From IMG/VR virus record IMGVR_UViG_2880412407_000002: a DNA stretch of 64,000 nt. One strand, written 5' to 3'. This DNA is from a virus. Lineage: Duplodnaviria > Heunggongvirae > Uroviricota > Caudoviricetes. How positions within the stretch are numbered: position 1 is the stretch's first letter; every line of letters begins with the position of its first letter. Position numbers and translations under genes: made by a program. This document shows positions 32,261 through 41,177 of this stretch, in pieces. Below the pieces are notes generated by a model. That model had not been told where the DNA came from and made no database searches. It saw only the letters and a program-made list of their open reading frames with translations.

Positions 32261-32458
32261 ATGCTGAAACAGCAGGATATGACAGAAACCGCCAGAGTTG
32301 TGTTTGATGAATTAAGCGTCACCGAACCGGCGACAGTCGGGGAGATTGCGCAGAATACTTACCTTTCACGCGAACGCTGCCAGTTAATACTGACCCAGCT
32401 TGTTATGGTGGGTCTGGCAGACTATCAGTGCGGTTGTTACAGACGCCTTCAGTCCTGA
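32261..32458 (+). CDS. Small putative DNA-binding protein
   Basis: 65 aa; Shine-Dalgarno-like sequence upstream. Confidence 0.4.
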   Translation: MLKQQDMTETARVVFDELSVTEPATVGEIAQNTYLSRERCQLILTQLVMVGLADYQCGCYRRLQS

Positions 32459-32595
32459 AGGCTTTTTTATTTGTGGTAAATGGGCGGCTGGTGGGTGTTA
32501 GCGGCACCTGTCAGTCCTTTGCTTATGTGTTGATGATAATTTACCTTTTGGGGCTATAATTGAACTAACCAATTGCTAATGAAAGTAAAATTATA

Positions 32596-33309
32596 ATGGT
32601 TGTTGTCTGTTCAGTTATCATGGTTTGCTCCCCAATTAATATTTTTCTTGAAAAGGATACGTTGTCACTTAAGCCCGGCTCAGTCGTTCTGGCCACCAAA
32701 TGCATCAGGGCGCTTTTCCTTATGCATTATGGCAAAGTTAAAATTTTCGATATAAACCATTCCATAGTAAGTCAATATCTGGAAATTCAGCATAAGCTGA
32801 CAAGAACTCATCTGACTGACGTTCCGCTTTATCTGTCACTGGAACCCAACAACCCTGCGTTGGCTGAGGCTTTAATTACCAGCCAGAGATTTTCCGGAGA
32901 TACCACGGATATGTTTCTTATGATGGCATGCCTGTCGCTGTTTGAATCAGATGAACGGATATTATTATTTTTAAGTGGATGTTTATCCAGTATAAGTGCC
33001 AAAGTCAGGGCGATAATTCAGACAGATATATCAGCAAGCTGGACGCTTGGTGCGATTGCGTTACGCCTGCATATGAGTGAGAGTTTGTTAAAGATAAAAC
33101 TGAAAAATGAAGGGCACATGTTCAGTCGCTTGTTGCTGGAAGAGCGGATGCGTGTTGCTGTGAATATGTTATGTTCCCGGCATGGATATGGACAGGCTGT
33201 AGCAGAAAAATGCGGTTATTCAAGCTGGTCCTACTTTATTTCTGTATTTCACCGCTATTATGGCTTCCCGCCAGACAGATATGTATCCAGGCAAGGGCTT
33301 GATTATTGA
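32596..33309 (+). CDS. AraC-family transcriptional regulator
   Basis: C-terminal AraC HTH (WTLGAIALRLHMSESLLKIKLK...GYSSWSYFISVFHRYYGFPP); AT-rich. Confidence 0.75.
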   Translation: MVVVCSVIMVCSPINIFLEKDTLSLKPGSVVLATKCIRALFLMHYGKVKIFDINHSIVSQYLEIQHKLTRTHLTDVPLYLSLEPNNPALAEALITSQRFSGDTTDMFLMMACLSLFESDERILLFLSGCLSSISAKVRAIIQTDISASWTLGAIALRLHMSESLLKIKLKNEGHMFSRLLLEERMRVAVNMLCSRHGYGQAVAEKCGYSSWSYFISVFHRYYGFPPDRYVSRQGLDY

Positions 33310-33337
33310 TTTTCATCTGATTATTATTTTTTGACCC

Positions 33338-33413
33338 GGCCCTTTAGCTCAGTGGTGAGAGCGAGCGACTCATAATCGCCAGGTCGCTGGTTCAAATCCA
33401 GCAAGGGCCACCA
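33338..33413 (+). tRNA. ileZ: tRNA with CAU anticodon (ileZ-like tRNA-Ile2 or tRNA-Met)
   Basis: 76 nt cloverleaf folded by hand; anticodon loop cuCAUaa; CCA end. Confidence 0.85.
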
Positions 33414-33420
33414 TCACATA

Positions 33421-33497
33421 CCGCCATTAGCTCATCAGGAAAGAGCGCCAGCCTTCGAAGCTGGCTGCGCGGGGTTCAAGTCCCCGATGGCGGTCCA
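33421..33497 (+). tRNA. argN: tRNA-Arg (anticodon UCG)
   Basis: 77 nt; anticodon loop cuUCGaa; 7-bp acceptor stem; CCA end. Confidence 0.8.
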
Positions 33498-33510
33498 TTA
33501 TCTGCATCAT

Positions 33511-33587
33511 GCGTTGTTAGCTCAGCCGGACAGAGCAATTGCCTTCTAAGCAATCGGTCAGTGGTTCGACTCCACTACAACGCGCCA
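33511..33587 (+). tRNA. argO: tRNA-Arg (anticodon UCU)
   Basis: 77 nt; anticodon loop cuUCUaa; 7-bp acceptor stem; CCA end. Confidence 0.85.
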
Positions 33588-33756
33588 CACTTATTTTCCA
33601 GGCTCGCTTCGGCGGGCCTTTTTTGTATCTGCGCCACGCCCGGCGCATATCAACCACAGAGCCTTTCGGGGGTGAGCTTACGGAGTGGTCAGTGTGACTT
33701 TCTCTGTGGGCAGATCGCTCCCGGGCGTTGGCTCACCCACCCAAAGGAACGTCACG

Positions 33757-34188
33757 ATGTTTGGAATCTTCAAAAAGAAAACCCGCAGAGCGGCAGCGGA
33801 AATTAAAAAGTTTGAGAAACGCGATCTGGCACAGGCGGTGATTAACGCTGCATACCTGGTGGCCTATGCAGATGGTGAATGCGAGGCATCCGAGAAAGCG
33901 AAGATCGAACAGGTCTTACGTAATCAGCCTGCGTTGTCTGCGTTTACCTCGGAAATTAATGCGATTAGCGCAACCATTATCGGTCAGCTGGATACGAACT
34001 TTAAAATTGGTCGTCGTGCGGCGTTACGTGAGATCGAGGATGTGAAACACGATACGCGTGAAGCGGAAGATGTGCTGGATGTGGCGGTGGCCATTGCGGA
34101 GGCAGACGGCGAAATTGAGCCGGAAGAGCGCAAGGTGCTGGAAGAGATTGCCGGTGTTCTGGGTCTTCGTCTGGAGAATCACCTGTGA
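33757..34188 (+). CDS. TerB-like (tellurite-resistance TerB family) protein
   Basis: 143 aa from MFGIFKKKTRRAAAEIKK; acidic C-terminus. Confidence 0.5.
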   Translation: MFGIFKKKTRRAAAEIKKFEKRDLAQAVINAAYLVAYADGECEASEKAKIEQVLRNQPALSAFTSEINAISATIIGQLDTNFKIGRRAALREIEDVKHDTREAEDVLDVAVAIAEADGEIEPEERKVLEEIAGVLGLRLENHL

Positions 34189-34352
34189 CGGTAAAACTGC
34201 GCCTGGCTGTGGCTGCACTCCTGCTGTTTCTGGTGGTGATGGTGGATTTCACCAGCAGAATCATGTCGGTGCTGGCGGATGGGGTGCTGGTCTGCGGCAT
34301 TGTGGTATTGCTGTGGCCGGTGATAAAAAGAAACAGCCTGCATAATGCTTGA
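34185..34352 (+). CDS. Small hydrophobic membrane protein, start overlaps previous stop (GTGA)
   Basis: 55 aa VTVKLRLAVAALLLFLVVMV...; found manually. Confidence 0.35.
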   Translation: MTVKLRLAVAALLLFLVVMVDFTSRIMSVLADGVLVCGIVVLLWPVIKRNSLHNA

Positions 34353-34666
34353 TTTTTTTGTTTGCTGTTTATTAAAAACACTTCTGCATGGTGAATCCCC
34401 CTGTGCGGAGGGGCGATCAGCAACCAGGTATATGGGATAATCGCGGATTCAGGTGCTGATACTGAATTCACCGGGAGGCACCCGGCACCATGCTTTGCCA
34501 CAAAAGTGTTGTTTCTGTTTTTCTCAAACTATCATCGTTATCCCTTTATTTCCGGCTGCGCATGGCGTGGCCTTTTTTTTACGACCAGCCACTGGCAGAT
34601 GGCCATCCTGTAATTTGATTCCGGTTCCGGCTTTTTAACTCTGTTCCTGTACACGGGAGAAATTCG

Positions 34667-36603
34667 ATGTCGATTAAACATTATGATGTTGTCAGGGCGG
34701 CGTCGCCGTCAGACCTTGCGGAAAAGCTGACACACAAACTGAAAGAGGGCTGGCAGCCGTTTGGTAGTCCGGTGGCCATCACGCCTTATACTCTGATGCA
34801 GGCCATTGCGGCGGAAGGTGATGTCACCACACCTGTGTTGGTGAAGCCGTCGGATGGAGAAGGCACAGTAATCAGCGCCACCAGAGACACGGAGTATTAC
34901 TTTGTTGTGGTTCTGGCGGGGCAGTCAAACAGCATGGCATATGGTGAAGGCCTTCCGCTGCCGGAGACATATGACCGTCCGGACCCGCGTATTAAGCAGC
35001 TGGCGCGCCGCAGTACGGTGACACCGGGCGGTGCAGCATGCAAATATAACGACATCATTCCGGCGGACCATTGTCTGCATGATGTGCAGGACATGAGCCG
35101 CCTTAACCATCCGAAAGCGGACCTGTCAAAGGGGCAGTACGGAACCGTGGGGCAAGGGCTGCATATCGCCAAAAATTGCTGCCGTTTATACCGGCGAATG
35201 CGGGCATTCTGCTGGTTCCGTGCTGTCGTGGTGGTTCAGCGTTCACCACCGGAGCCGATGGCACATACAGTGACGCGAGTGGTGCCTCGGAGAATTCAAC
35301 CCGCTGGGGTGTGGACAAGCCGCTGTATAAGGACCTTATCGGTCGAACAAAAGCAGCACTGAAGAAGAACCCGAAAAATGTGCTGTTTGCCGTGGTGTGG
35401 ATGCAGGGGGAATTTGATTTTGGCGGTACGCCGGTAAATCACGCAGCACAGTTTGGTGCGCTGGTTGATAAATTCCGTGCAGACCTGGCGGATATGGCAG
35501 GTCAGTGCGTCGGTGGCTCTGCTGGCGGTGTTCCCTGGATATGTGGAGATACGACGTATTTCTGGAAGCAGAAGAACGAATCCTCGTACCAGACGGTGTA
35601 CGGCAGCTACAAAAACAAAACGGAAAAGAATATCCATTTCGTACCGTTCATGACGGATGAGAACGGGGTGAATGTGCCGACGAACAAACCGGAAGAAGAC
35701 CCGGACATTCCGGGTATCGGATATTACGGTTCGAAATGGCGTGACAGCTCAGCCACCTGGACGTCACAGGACAGGGCGAGCCATTTCAGTTCATGGGCTC
35801 GCCGCGGGATTATTTCCGACCGTCTGGCAACGGCGATTTTGCGCCATGCGGGAAGAGTGGCGCTAAACGCGGGGGCATCATCGACAGTATCAGAGGTGCG
35901 CCCGTCATCGCCTTCCGGTGCAGAAGCCACAGGCGTCACAGCACTGCTCTCTTACCTTGCCAGCGAGTCAGAGGGAAGCCTGAAAGTACAGGGATGGTCA
36001 GCCAGTGGCGGCAGGGCAGAAGTGGTCAGCGATGCGGAGGGAACCGGAGGTAAGGCAGTGAAGCTGACCAAGGAAGCCGGTAAAAGCAGCTGGGTGCTGG
36101 AGTACGCCGCAGGCAACGGTGCGGCTCTGTTACAGAAAGGGGGGCAGATTCGCTGCCGCTTTAAGGTTTCGGGAGCGCTGGCTGCGAACCAGTATGTTAT
36201 GGCGTTTTACTGGCCGGTATCTTCACTGCCACAGGGCGTTGCCCTGACCGGAGACGGGGGGAATAACCTGCTGGCAGCGTTCTACATCCAGACAGATGCA
36301 AAAGACCTGAATGTGATGTACCACAATGCGAAAGTGGCGACAAACAACCTGAAACTGGGAACCTTTGGCGCATTTGATAACGAATGGCATACGCTGGCTT
36401 TCCGCTTTGCCGGGAATAACAGCCTTCAGGTGACGCCGGTTATTGATGGTCAGGTTGGCACACCGTTCACGCTGACGCAGTCACCGGTCAGTGCCTTTGC
36501 GGCGGATAAACTGCATGTGACAGACATTACCAGAGGTGCGACTTACCCGGTACTGATAGACAGCATTGCGGTGGAAGTGAACAGCACAGACACTGCGGCA
36601 TGA
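34667..36603 (+). pseudogene. nanS-p: Prophage sialate O-acetylesterase NanS-p-like, frame broken in A5 run (35171-35175)
   Basis: ORFs 34667..35362 and 35176..36603; SGNH-type VVLAGQSN motif; position after the tRNAs. Confidence 0.65.
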
Positions 36604-36738
36604 TAAAAAAACCGCCAGCGACAGGAATGGACGCTGGCGGTGGTGATACCTATGGAGAAAAAATAAAGGAACGATACTTTCGTACTCTGGTTTTTTAATG
36701 AAAACAGTTCTTATTGTCAACAATAACGGAAAGAAATT

Positions 36739-36918
36739 ATGACATTTCTGAACCAGTTAATGCTGTACTTCTGTACGGTGGTCTGTGTGCTGTATCTCCT
36801 TTCGGGTGGATACCGGGCCATGCGTGACGTCTGGCGCAGACAGATTGACAAAAGGGCCGCTGAGAAAATCAGCGCCAGTCAGTCAGCCGGAAGCAAACCC
36901 GAAGAGCCGCTCATTTAG
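36739..36918 (+). CDS. Small membrane protein (59 aa)
   Basis: MTFLNQLMLYFCTVVCVLYLLSGG; found manually. Confidence 0.35.
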   Translation: MTFLNQLMLYFCTVVCVLYLLSGGYRAMRDVWRRQIDKRAAEKISASQSAGSKPEEPLI

Positions 36919-36958
36919 CGGCAACTTTCTTAATCACATCTTTCGACGAGAAAATCCC

Positions 36959-37231
36959 ATGTCAGAAATTACATCCCTGGTCACTGCTGAAGCAGTGAAG
37001 GAAGTCCTGCGCTCTGAAGAAGTCCGGAGCGCACTGAAACAAAAACTTCGCCATAACCTGGAAGCGCGTCTTGATGCAGAGGTTGATGCCATTCTGGATG
37101 AGCTGCTTGGTGTACAGGCAGAGCCACCGACTGAAGCGGGAGATACCACCGCAGAGAGCGGTGAAGTTCAGCCTGAATCACCGGTCGCCGATGCGACTGA
37201 ACCTCAACCCGAATCGGTCATGATGCTGTAA
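36959..37231 (+). CDS. Small acidic protein upstream of holin
   Basis: 90 aa [21 protein letters not shown]. Confidence 0.45.
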   Translation: MSEITSLVTAEAVKEVLRSEEVRSALKQKLRHNLEARLDAEVDAILDELLGVQAEPPTEAGDTTAESGEVQPESPVADATEPQPESVMML

Positions 37232-37307
37232 CGGGGAGTCAGGGCCATCAGTAAACAGCTGCTGGCCTTTTTCATGTTGTGAGCTTCCGGATAACGGGAG
37301 ACGGGGT

Positions 37308-37523
37308 ATGTACCAGATGGAAAAAATCACAACGGGTGTGTCATACACCACGTCAGCGGTGGGAACGGGATACTGGTTACTGCAGCTGCTGGACAAAGTC
37401 TCTCCGTCCCAGTGGGTGGCGATAGGTGTGCTGGGGAGTCTGCTGTTTGGCCTGCTGACGTATCTGACTAACCTGTATTTCAAAATCAGAGAGGACCGTC
37501 GTAAGGCGGCGCGGGGAGAGTAA
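37308..37523 (+). CDS. S: Pinholin S (phage 21 type) with dual-start motif
   Basis: Two in-frame Met codons three codons apart give 71 and 68 aa; C-terminus [20 protein letters not shown]. Confidence 0.8.
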   Translation: MYQMEKITTGVSYTTSAVGTGYWLLQLLDKVSPSQWVAIGVLGSLLFGLLTYLTNLYFKIREDRRKAARGE

Positions 37524-37527
37524 AGCG

Positions 37528-37872
37528 ATGAAGAAAAAATACGAACTGGGTGTTAAAGGGATAAATAATTACCCGGATAAGATTACTGTTACTGTGGCAC
37601 TGGAAATTGGTGGGTATCCGTCACTGTTGTTGCCAAATGTGGCGATTAGTCTTGACCGTACTGAAGGTGCCACGCTGGAGTTTTACGAAGCTGAGGCGAA
37701 AAAGCAGGCGAAGCAGTTTTTCATGGATGTTGCTGCCGGGTTATGTGAAGGGGATGGTCCGTTGCCGGAAAAGCGCCCCATCATTTTAGAGGCGCAGGAT
37801 GTGTTGATAACCTACAGAGGAAAACTACCGGGAATAATTACTGGTTCTCTGAAGACTCCACCGCTGGCCTGA
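37528..37872 (+). CDS. YdfR-like protein between holin and endolysin
   Basis: 114 aa; same position as ydfR in Qin. Confidence 0.45.
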   Translation: MKKKYELGVKGINNYPDKITVTVALEIGGYPSLLLPNVAISLDRTEGATLEFYEAEAKKQAKQFFMDVAAGLCEGDGPLPEKRPIILEAQDVLITYRGKLPGIITGSLKTPPLA

Positions 37873-37922
37873 AGACTTAACATATCCAGGGATTTGAAAT
37901 CGATAAACCCTGATAAATATCC

Positions 37923-38456
37923 ATGAACGCAAAAATCAGATACGGCCTGTCGGCTGCCGTTCTGGCGCTGATTGGTGCAGGGGCGTCTGCGCCTGAAATC
38001 CTCGACCAGTTTCTTGACGAAAAAGAAGGTAACCACACCACGGCATACCGTGATGGTGCGGGGATCTGGACCATCTGCCGCGGTGCCACCCGAGTGGATG
38101 GTAAGCCTGTCGTCCCGGGTATGAAGTTATCGAAGGAAAAGTGCGACCAGGTTAACGCCATTGAACGTGATAAGGCGCTGGAGTGGGTGGAGCGCAATAT
38201 TAAAGTACCGCTGACCGAACCCCAGAAGGCGGGTATCGCGTCATTTTGTCCTTATAACATTGGCCCCGGTAAGTGTTTCCCGTCGACGTTTTACAGACGG
38301 ATTAATGCCGGTGACCGCAGGGGAGCATGCGAGGCGATTCGCTGGTGGATTAAGGACGGTGGCAGAGACTGCCGTATTCGCTCAAACAACTGCTACGGTC
38401 AGGTCTCACGGCGTGACCAGGAGAGCGCGCTGGCGTGCTGGGGAATTGACAGATAA
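37923..38456 (+). CDS. R: Signal-anchor-release (SAR) endolysin, lysozyme family
   Basis: N-terminal weakly hydrophobic segment LSAAVLALIGAGASA followed by E-x9-D-x5-T catalytic spacing. Confidence 0.8.
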   Translation: MNAKIRYGLSAAVLALIGAGASAPEILDQFLDEKEGNHTTAYRDGAGIWTICRGATRVDGKPVVPGMKLSKEKCDQVNAIERDKALEWVERNIKVPLTEPQKAGIASFCPYNIGPGKCFPSTFYRRINAGDRRGACEAIRWWIKDGGRDCRIRSNNCYGQVSRRDQESALACWGIDR

Positions 38457-38754
38457 GCAGAATATTTTGCTGAAAAATGCGATTTGCTCACGCGGACGGA
38501 TAACACGAAATCCTGCGAACTGACAAAAACTAAGTGAATAAAAGTAAAAACCCCGTTTGTTGGCTGCAAGCGGGGTTTTGTGTTTCCTGACTCCGGAAAA
38601 GTCAAAGGAGAAAGTGTGTTTGATTTTAGCAAACTGATTCGGGAGATTCGAGTGATGGCTGAAAAAATATCCACCTGGAAGTTCATCCTTATCTGGCTGG
38701 TGTTTGTGATTATGGCCTCCGGTTATTTCATCGGTCAGATACGCTGGTGGTGAA

Positions 38755-39222
38755 ATGAACCGCGTACTGTGCGTGGTCATCATTGCCCTGCTGGTGGCCT
38801 GTGGTGCGCTTAGTCTGGGGCTGAATCATTACCGCGATAACGCCATTACCTACAAAGCGCAACGCGATAAAAAAGCCAGTGAGCTGAAGCTGGCGAACGT
38901 GACAATTACTGATATGCAGATACGCCAGCGTGATGTCGCTGCACTTGATGCCAGATACTCGAGGGAATTAGCCGATGCGAGAGCTGAAAATGAAACTCTG
39001 CGTGCTGATGTTGCCGCTGGTCGTAAGCGCCTGCGGATCAACGCCACCTGCTCCGGTACCGTGCGTGAAGCCACCGGCACCTCCGGCGTGGATAATGCAA
39101 CCGGCCCCCGACTGGCAGACACCGCTGAACGGGATTATTTCATCCTCAGAGAACGGCTGATGGCAATGCAGAAGCAACTGGAAGGAGCACAGGAATATAT
39201 CCGTACCCAGTGTATACCGTGA
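38755..39222 (+). CDS. Rz: Inner-membrane spanin Rz
   Basis: N-terminal transmembrane segment then coiled-coil; follows endolysin. Confidence 0.8.
   Translation: MNRVLCVVIIALLVACGALSLGLNHYRDNAITYKAQRDKKASELKLANVTITDMQIRQRDVAALDARYSRELADARAENETLRADVAAGRKRLRINATCSGTVREATGTSGVDNATGPRLADTAERDYFILRERLMAMQKQLEGAQEYIRTQCIP
38975..39160 (+). CDS. Rz1: Outer-membrane lipoprotein spanin Rz1, embedded in Rz in another frame
   Basis: Lipobox LVVSAC and proline-rich body. Confidence 0.7.
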   Translation: MRELKMKLCVLMLPLVVSACGSTPPAPVPCVKPPAPPAWIMQPAPDWQTPLNGIISSSENG

Positions 39223-39644
39223 TGTTTTGTTATGAAGGTGTTACTGATAATGTTAAGGCAATTTAACAAAGAGTCAGTTCCGGACTTTATAATGTGCTCA
39301 GTTCATGGCCAAAAACGATTTCTGTGATAAATATTTTGAATATTATTTACAGGTAAATGGAGTGGGCGCATGGATAGAAATATTACAATAGAGTATGAAG
39401 TATATGCCCGTATTGTATGGGCAGAGAAGGCAAAACACGGTAATTCCGTGTGTTGCCATGATACCTGATTGGCAGAATAGTTGTTTGGTTTTGAGTATAT
39501 AGTCAGCGTTTTTTGTTCGGTAATTGCTCTTTCAATTAAAATGCCAGATATGATTTGCTTTTCTTTGTTGTTTAGTTTTTTATTATTGTCTTATTAAGGA
39601 CGGTAAATTCAGGATAGTAGTCTGTAGATAAACGGAGGTTACTT

Positions 39645-39959
39645 ATGCTACATGATCACCTGGCAGAATGTCTGGAGAAAAAAGGACTGTACCGGAGAGC
39701 TGCTGAACGATGGGCAAAAGTGATGGTACAGCTAAGTGATGACCAGAAAAGAAAAGTGGCGGCACAGAAACGAGCAGAGTGTTTGCGTAAGGCGCGCCGG
39801 ACTCCGGTTTCACCGGTGAACCTGACCGAAATAAAACAAGCGGTCAACAGACTACATTCTGAGTTGGGAATGGGATTTGAAGAGCGGCGGGTATTCCGAC
39901 GATATAAAGGGACAGGAGAACAGAATACGTCCGGAAACGCGCGGTCAAAAAAATGCTAA
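39645..39959 (+). CDS. PerC-family (Pch-like) regulator, tentative
   Basis: 104 aa; LEKKGLYRRAAERWAKVM resembles PerC; very AT-rich upstream region. Confidence 0.45.
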   Translation: MLHDHLAECLEKKGLYRRAAERWAKVMVQLSDDQKRKVAAQKRAECLRKARRTPVSPVNLTEIKQAVNRLHSELGMGFEERRVFRRYKGTGEQNTSGNARSKKC

Positions 39960-40040
39960 AAAATATCTGAGAGAGTTATTGCCTGTTACCATAAGAAAAA
40001 GCGACTTTAGTGGTCGCTTTTTGTGTCATATATAAGTCGT

Positions 40041-40265
40041 TTAAGTAAACCTGTCTGAACAGGTGCTCTGGTCGTGTTTGTCTTTGTTGGGTACAAATTG
40101 AGAATATTTTTCATTAATTAATCTTCTTCTGCAGGCTTCAATAACCCACGCTGAAAAATTACCTGAACCTTTCAGGTCAAGAGCGATGTTAATTTGTTCA
40201 ATTATCTGGTTTGGAAATCGGATGTTGCGGGTTGTTGTTCTGCGGGTTCTGTTCTTTGATGACAT
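40041..40265 (-). CDS. Small ribbon-helix-helix-type DNA-binding protein
   Basis: 74 aa; IRFPNQIIEQINIALD...NFSAWVIEACRRRL fits a strand-helix-helix pattern. Confidence 0.45.
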   Translation of the reverse strand: MSSKNRTRRTTTRNIRFPNQIIEQINIALDLKGSGNFSAWVIEACRRRLINEKYSQFVPNKDKHDQSTCSDRFT

Positions 40266-40472
40266 AATGTTGCCCCGTATTCAGTGTTGCTGATTTGTAT
40301 TATCTGAAGTTGCTTTTACGCTAATTTGATGCAGATCAATTAATACGATACCTGCGTAATAATTGATTATTTCTCGTGGTTTGATGGCGTACACACATGT
40401 CGTGATAAACCTCATGTAGATGATAATTATTATCATTTTCGTGGGTCCTTTCCGGCGATCCGACAGGTTACG

Positions 40473-40484
40473 GGGCGGCGACCT
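40473..40484 (+). other. cos: cosN cohesive-end site, lambda type
   Basis: cgacaggttacg|GGGCGGCGACCT cgcgggttttcgctatttatgaaaattttccgg matches the lambda right-end/left-end junction. Confidence 0.8.
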
Positions 40485-40514
40485 CGCGGGTTTTCGCTAT
40501 TTATGAAAATTTTC

Positions 40515-40625
40515 CGGGATCCATGTCCGGTTTCTCTTCAAGTTAACTATATGAAAAATATAAAAACAGGTCTTCTGTGAACCGGACATGCACAAAAAAT
40601 AGATATGTAAACCGGACATGACCGG
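40515..40625 (+). promoter_or_regulatory. cosB-like region with three ccggacatg repeats (one inverted)
   Basis: Repeats at 40522-40530 (inverted), 40582-40590 and 40612-40620, between cosN and the small terminase gene. Confidence 0.6.
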
Positions 40626-40667
40626 TTTTGTTGTGATTGTGAGGTGAGAGTTTTTGCGAGGTGAGGA

Positions 40668-41177
40668 GTGGCTACGCAGACTGAAGTTGCCAGGCATTTA
40701 AGTCTGACCGATCGCCAGCTTCGCAGATTGCAGAAATTGCCGGGTGCCCCGATATCAAATAAGCGAGGGCAACTGGATCTGGATGCCTGGCGCGATTTTT
40801 ACATATCGTATCTGAGGAGAAGTAAAAACGATGTGCCTGATGGCGATAGCGAAGACGACTATGAGGAAAAATTGCTTATTGCCAGATGGGAACTGACAGC
40901 AGAACAGGCTGTTACACAGCAGTTAAAAAATGAGGTGTCAAAAGGAAAACTTATTGACACCGGGTTCTGTATTTTTGCCCTCAGTAAGCTGGCAATGGCG
41001 TTATCCAGTACGCTTGATTCCATCCCTTTATCCATGCAACGACAGTTTCCTGATTTAACACCGCGCCATCTTGACCATCTGAAAACCCTTATTGCTAAGG
41101 GGGCAAATCAGTGTGCGCGGGCGGGGGATAAATTACCGGATTTACTCGATGAATATATCAGAGCAACAACTGAATAA
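40668..41177 (+). CDS. Nu1: Terminase small subunit Nu1-like (GTG start)
   Basis: 169 aa; resembles lambda Nu1 in the FCIFALSKLA...LPLSMQRQFP region. Confidence 0.8.
   Translation: MATQTEVARHLSLTDRQLRRLQKLPGAPISNKRGQLDLDAWRDFYISYLRRSKNDVPDGDSEDDYEEKLLIARWELTAEQAVTQQLKNEVSKGKLIDTGFCIFALSKLAMALSSTLDSIPLSMQRQFPDLTPRHLDHLKTLIAKGANQCARAGDKLPDLLDEYIRATTE

Noticed and set aside
33588-34660. Looked for stxA/stxB downstream of the ileZ-argN-argO-type tRNA triplet
   Set aside because: No ORF of the right size or with an A-subunit or B-subunit-like sequence is present; the region holds a TerB-like gene and a small membrane ORF.
36604-36650. Hairpin ccgccagcg...cgctggcgg after nanS-p as its rho-independent terminator
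   Set aside because: The T tract lies on the opposite strand (an A run precedes the hairpin on the plus strand), so it is oriented to stop antisense transcription rather than nanS-p.
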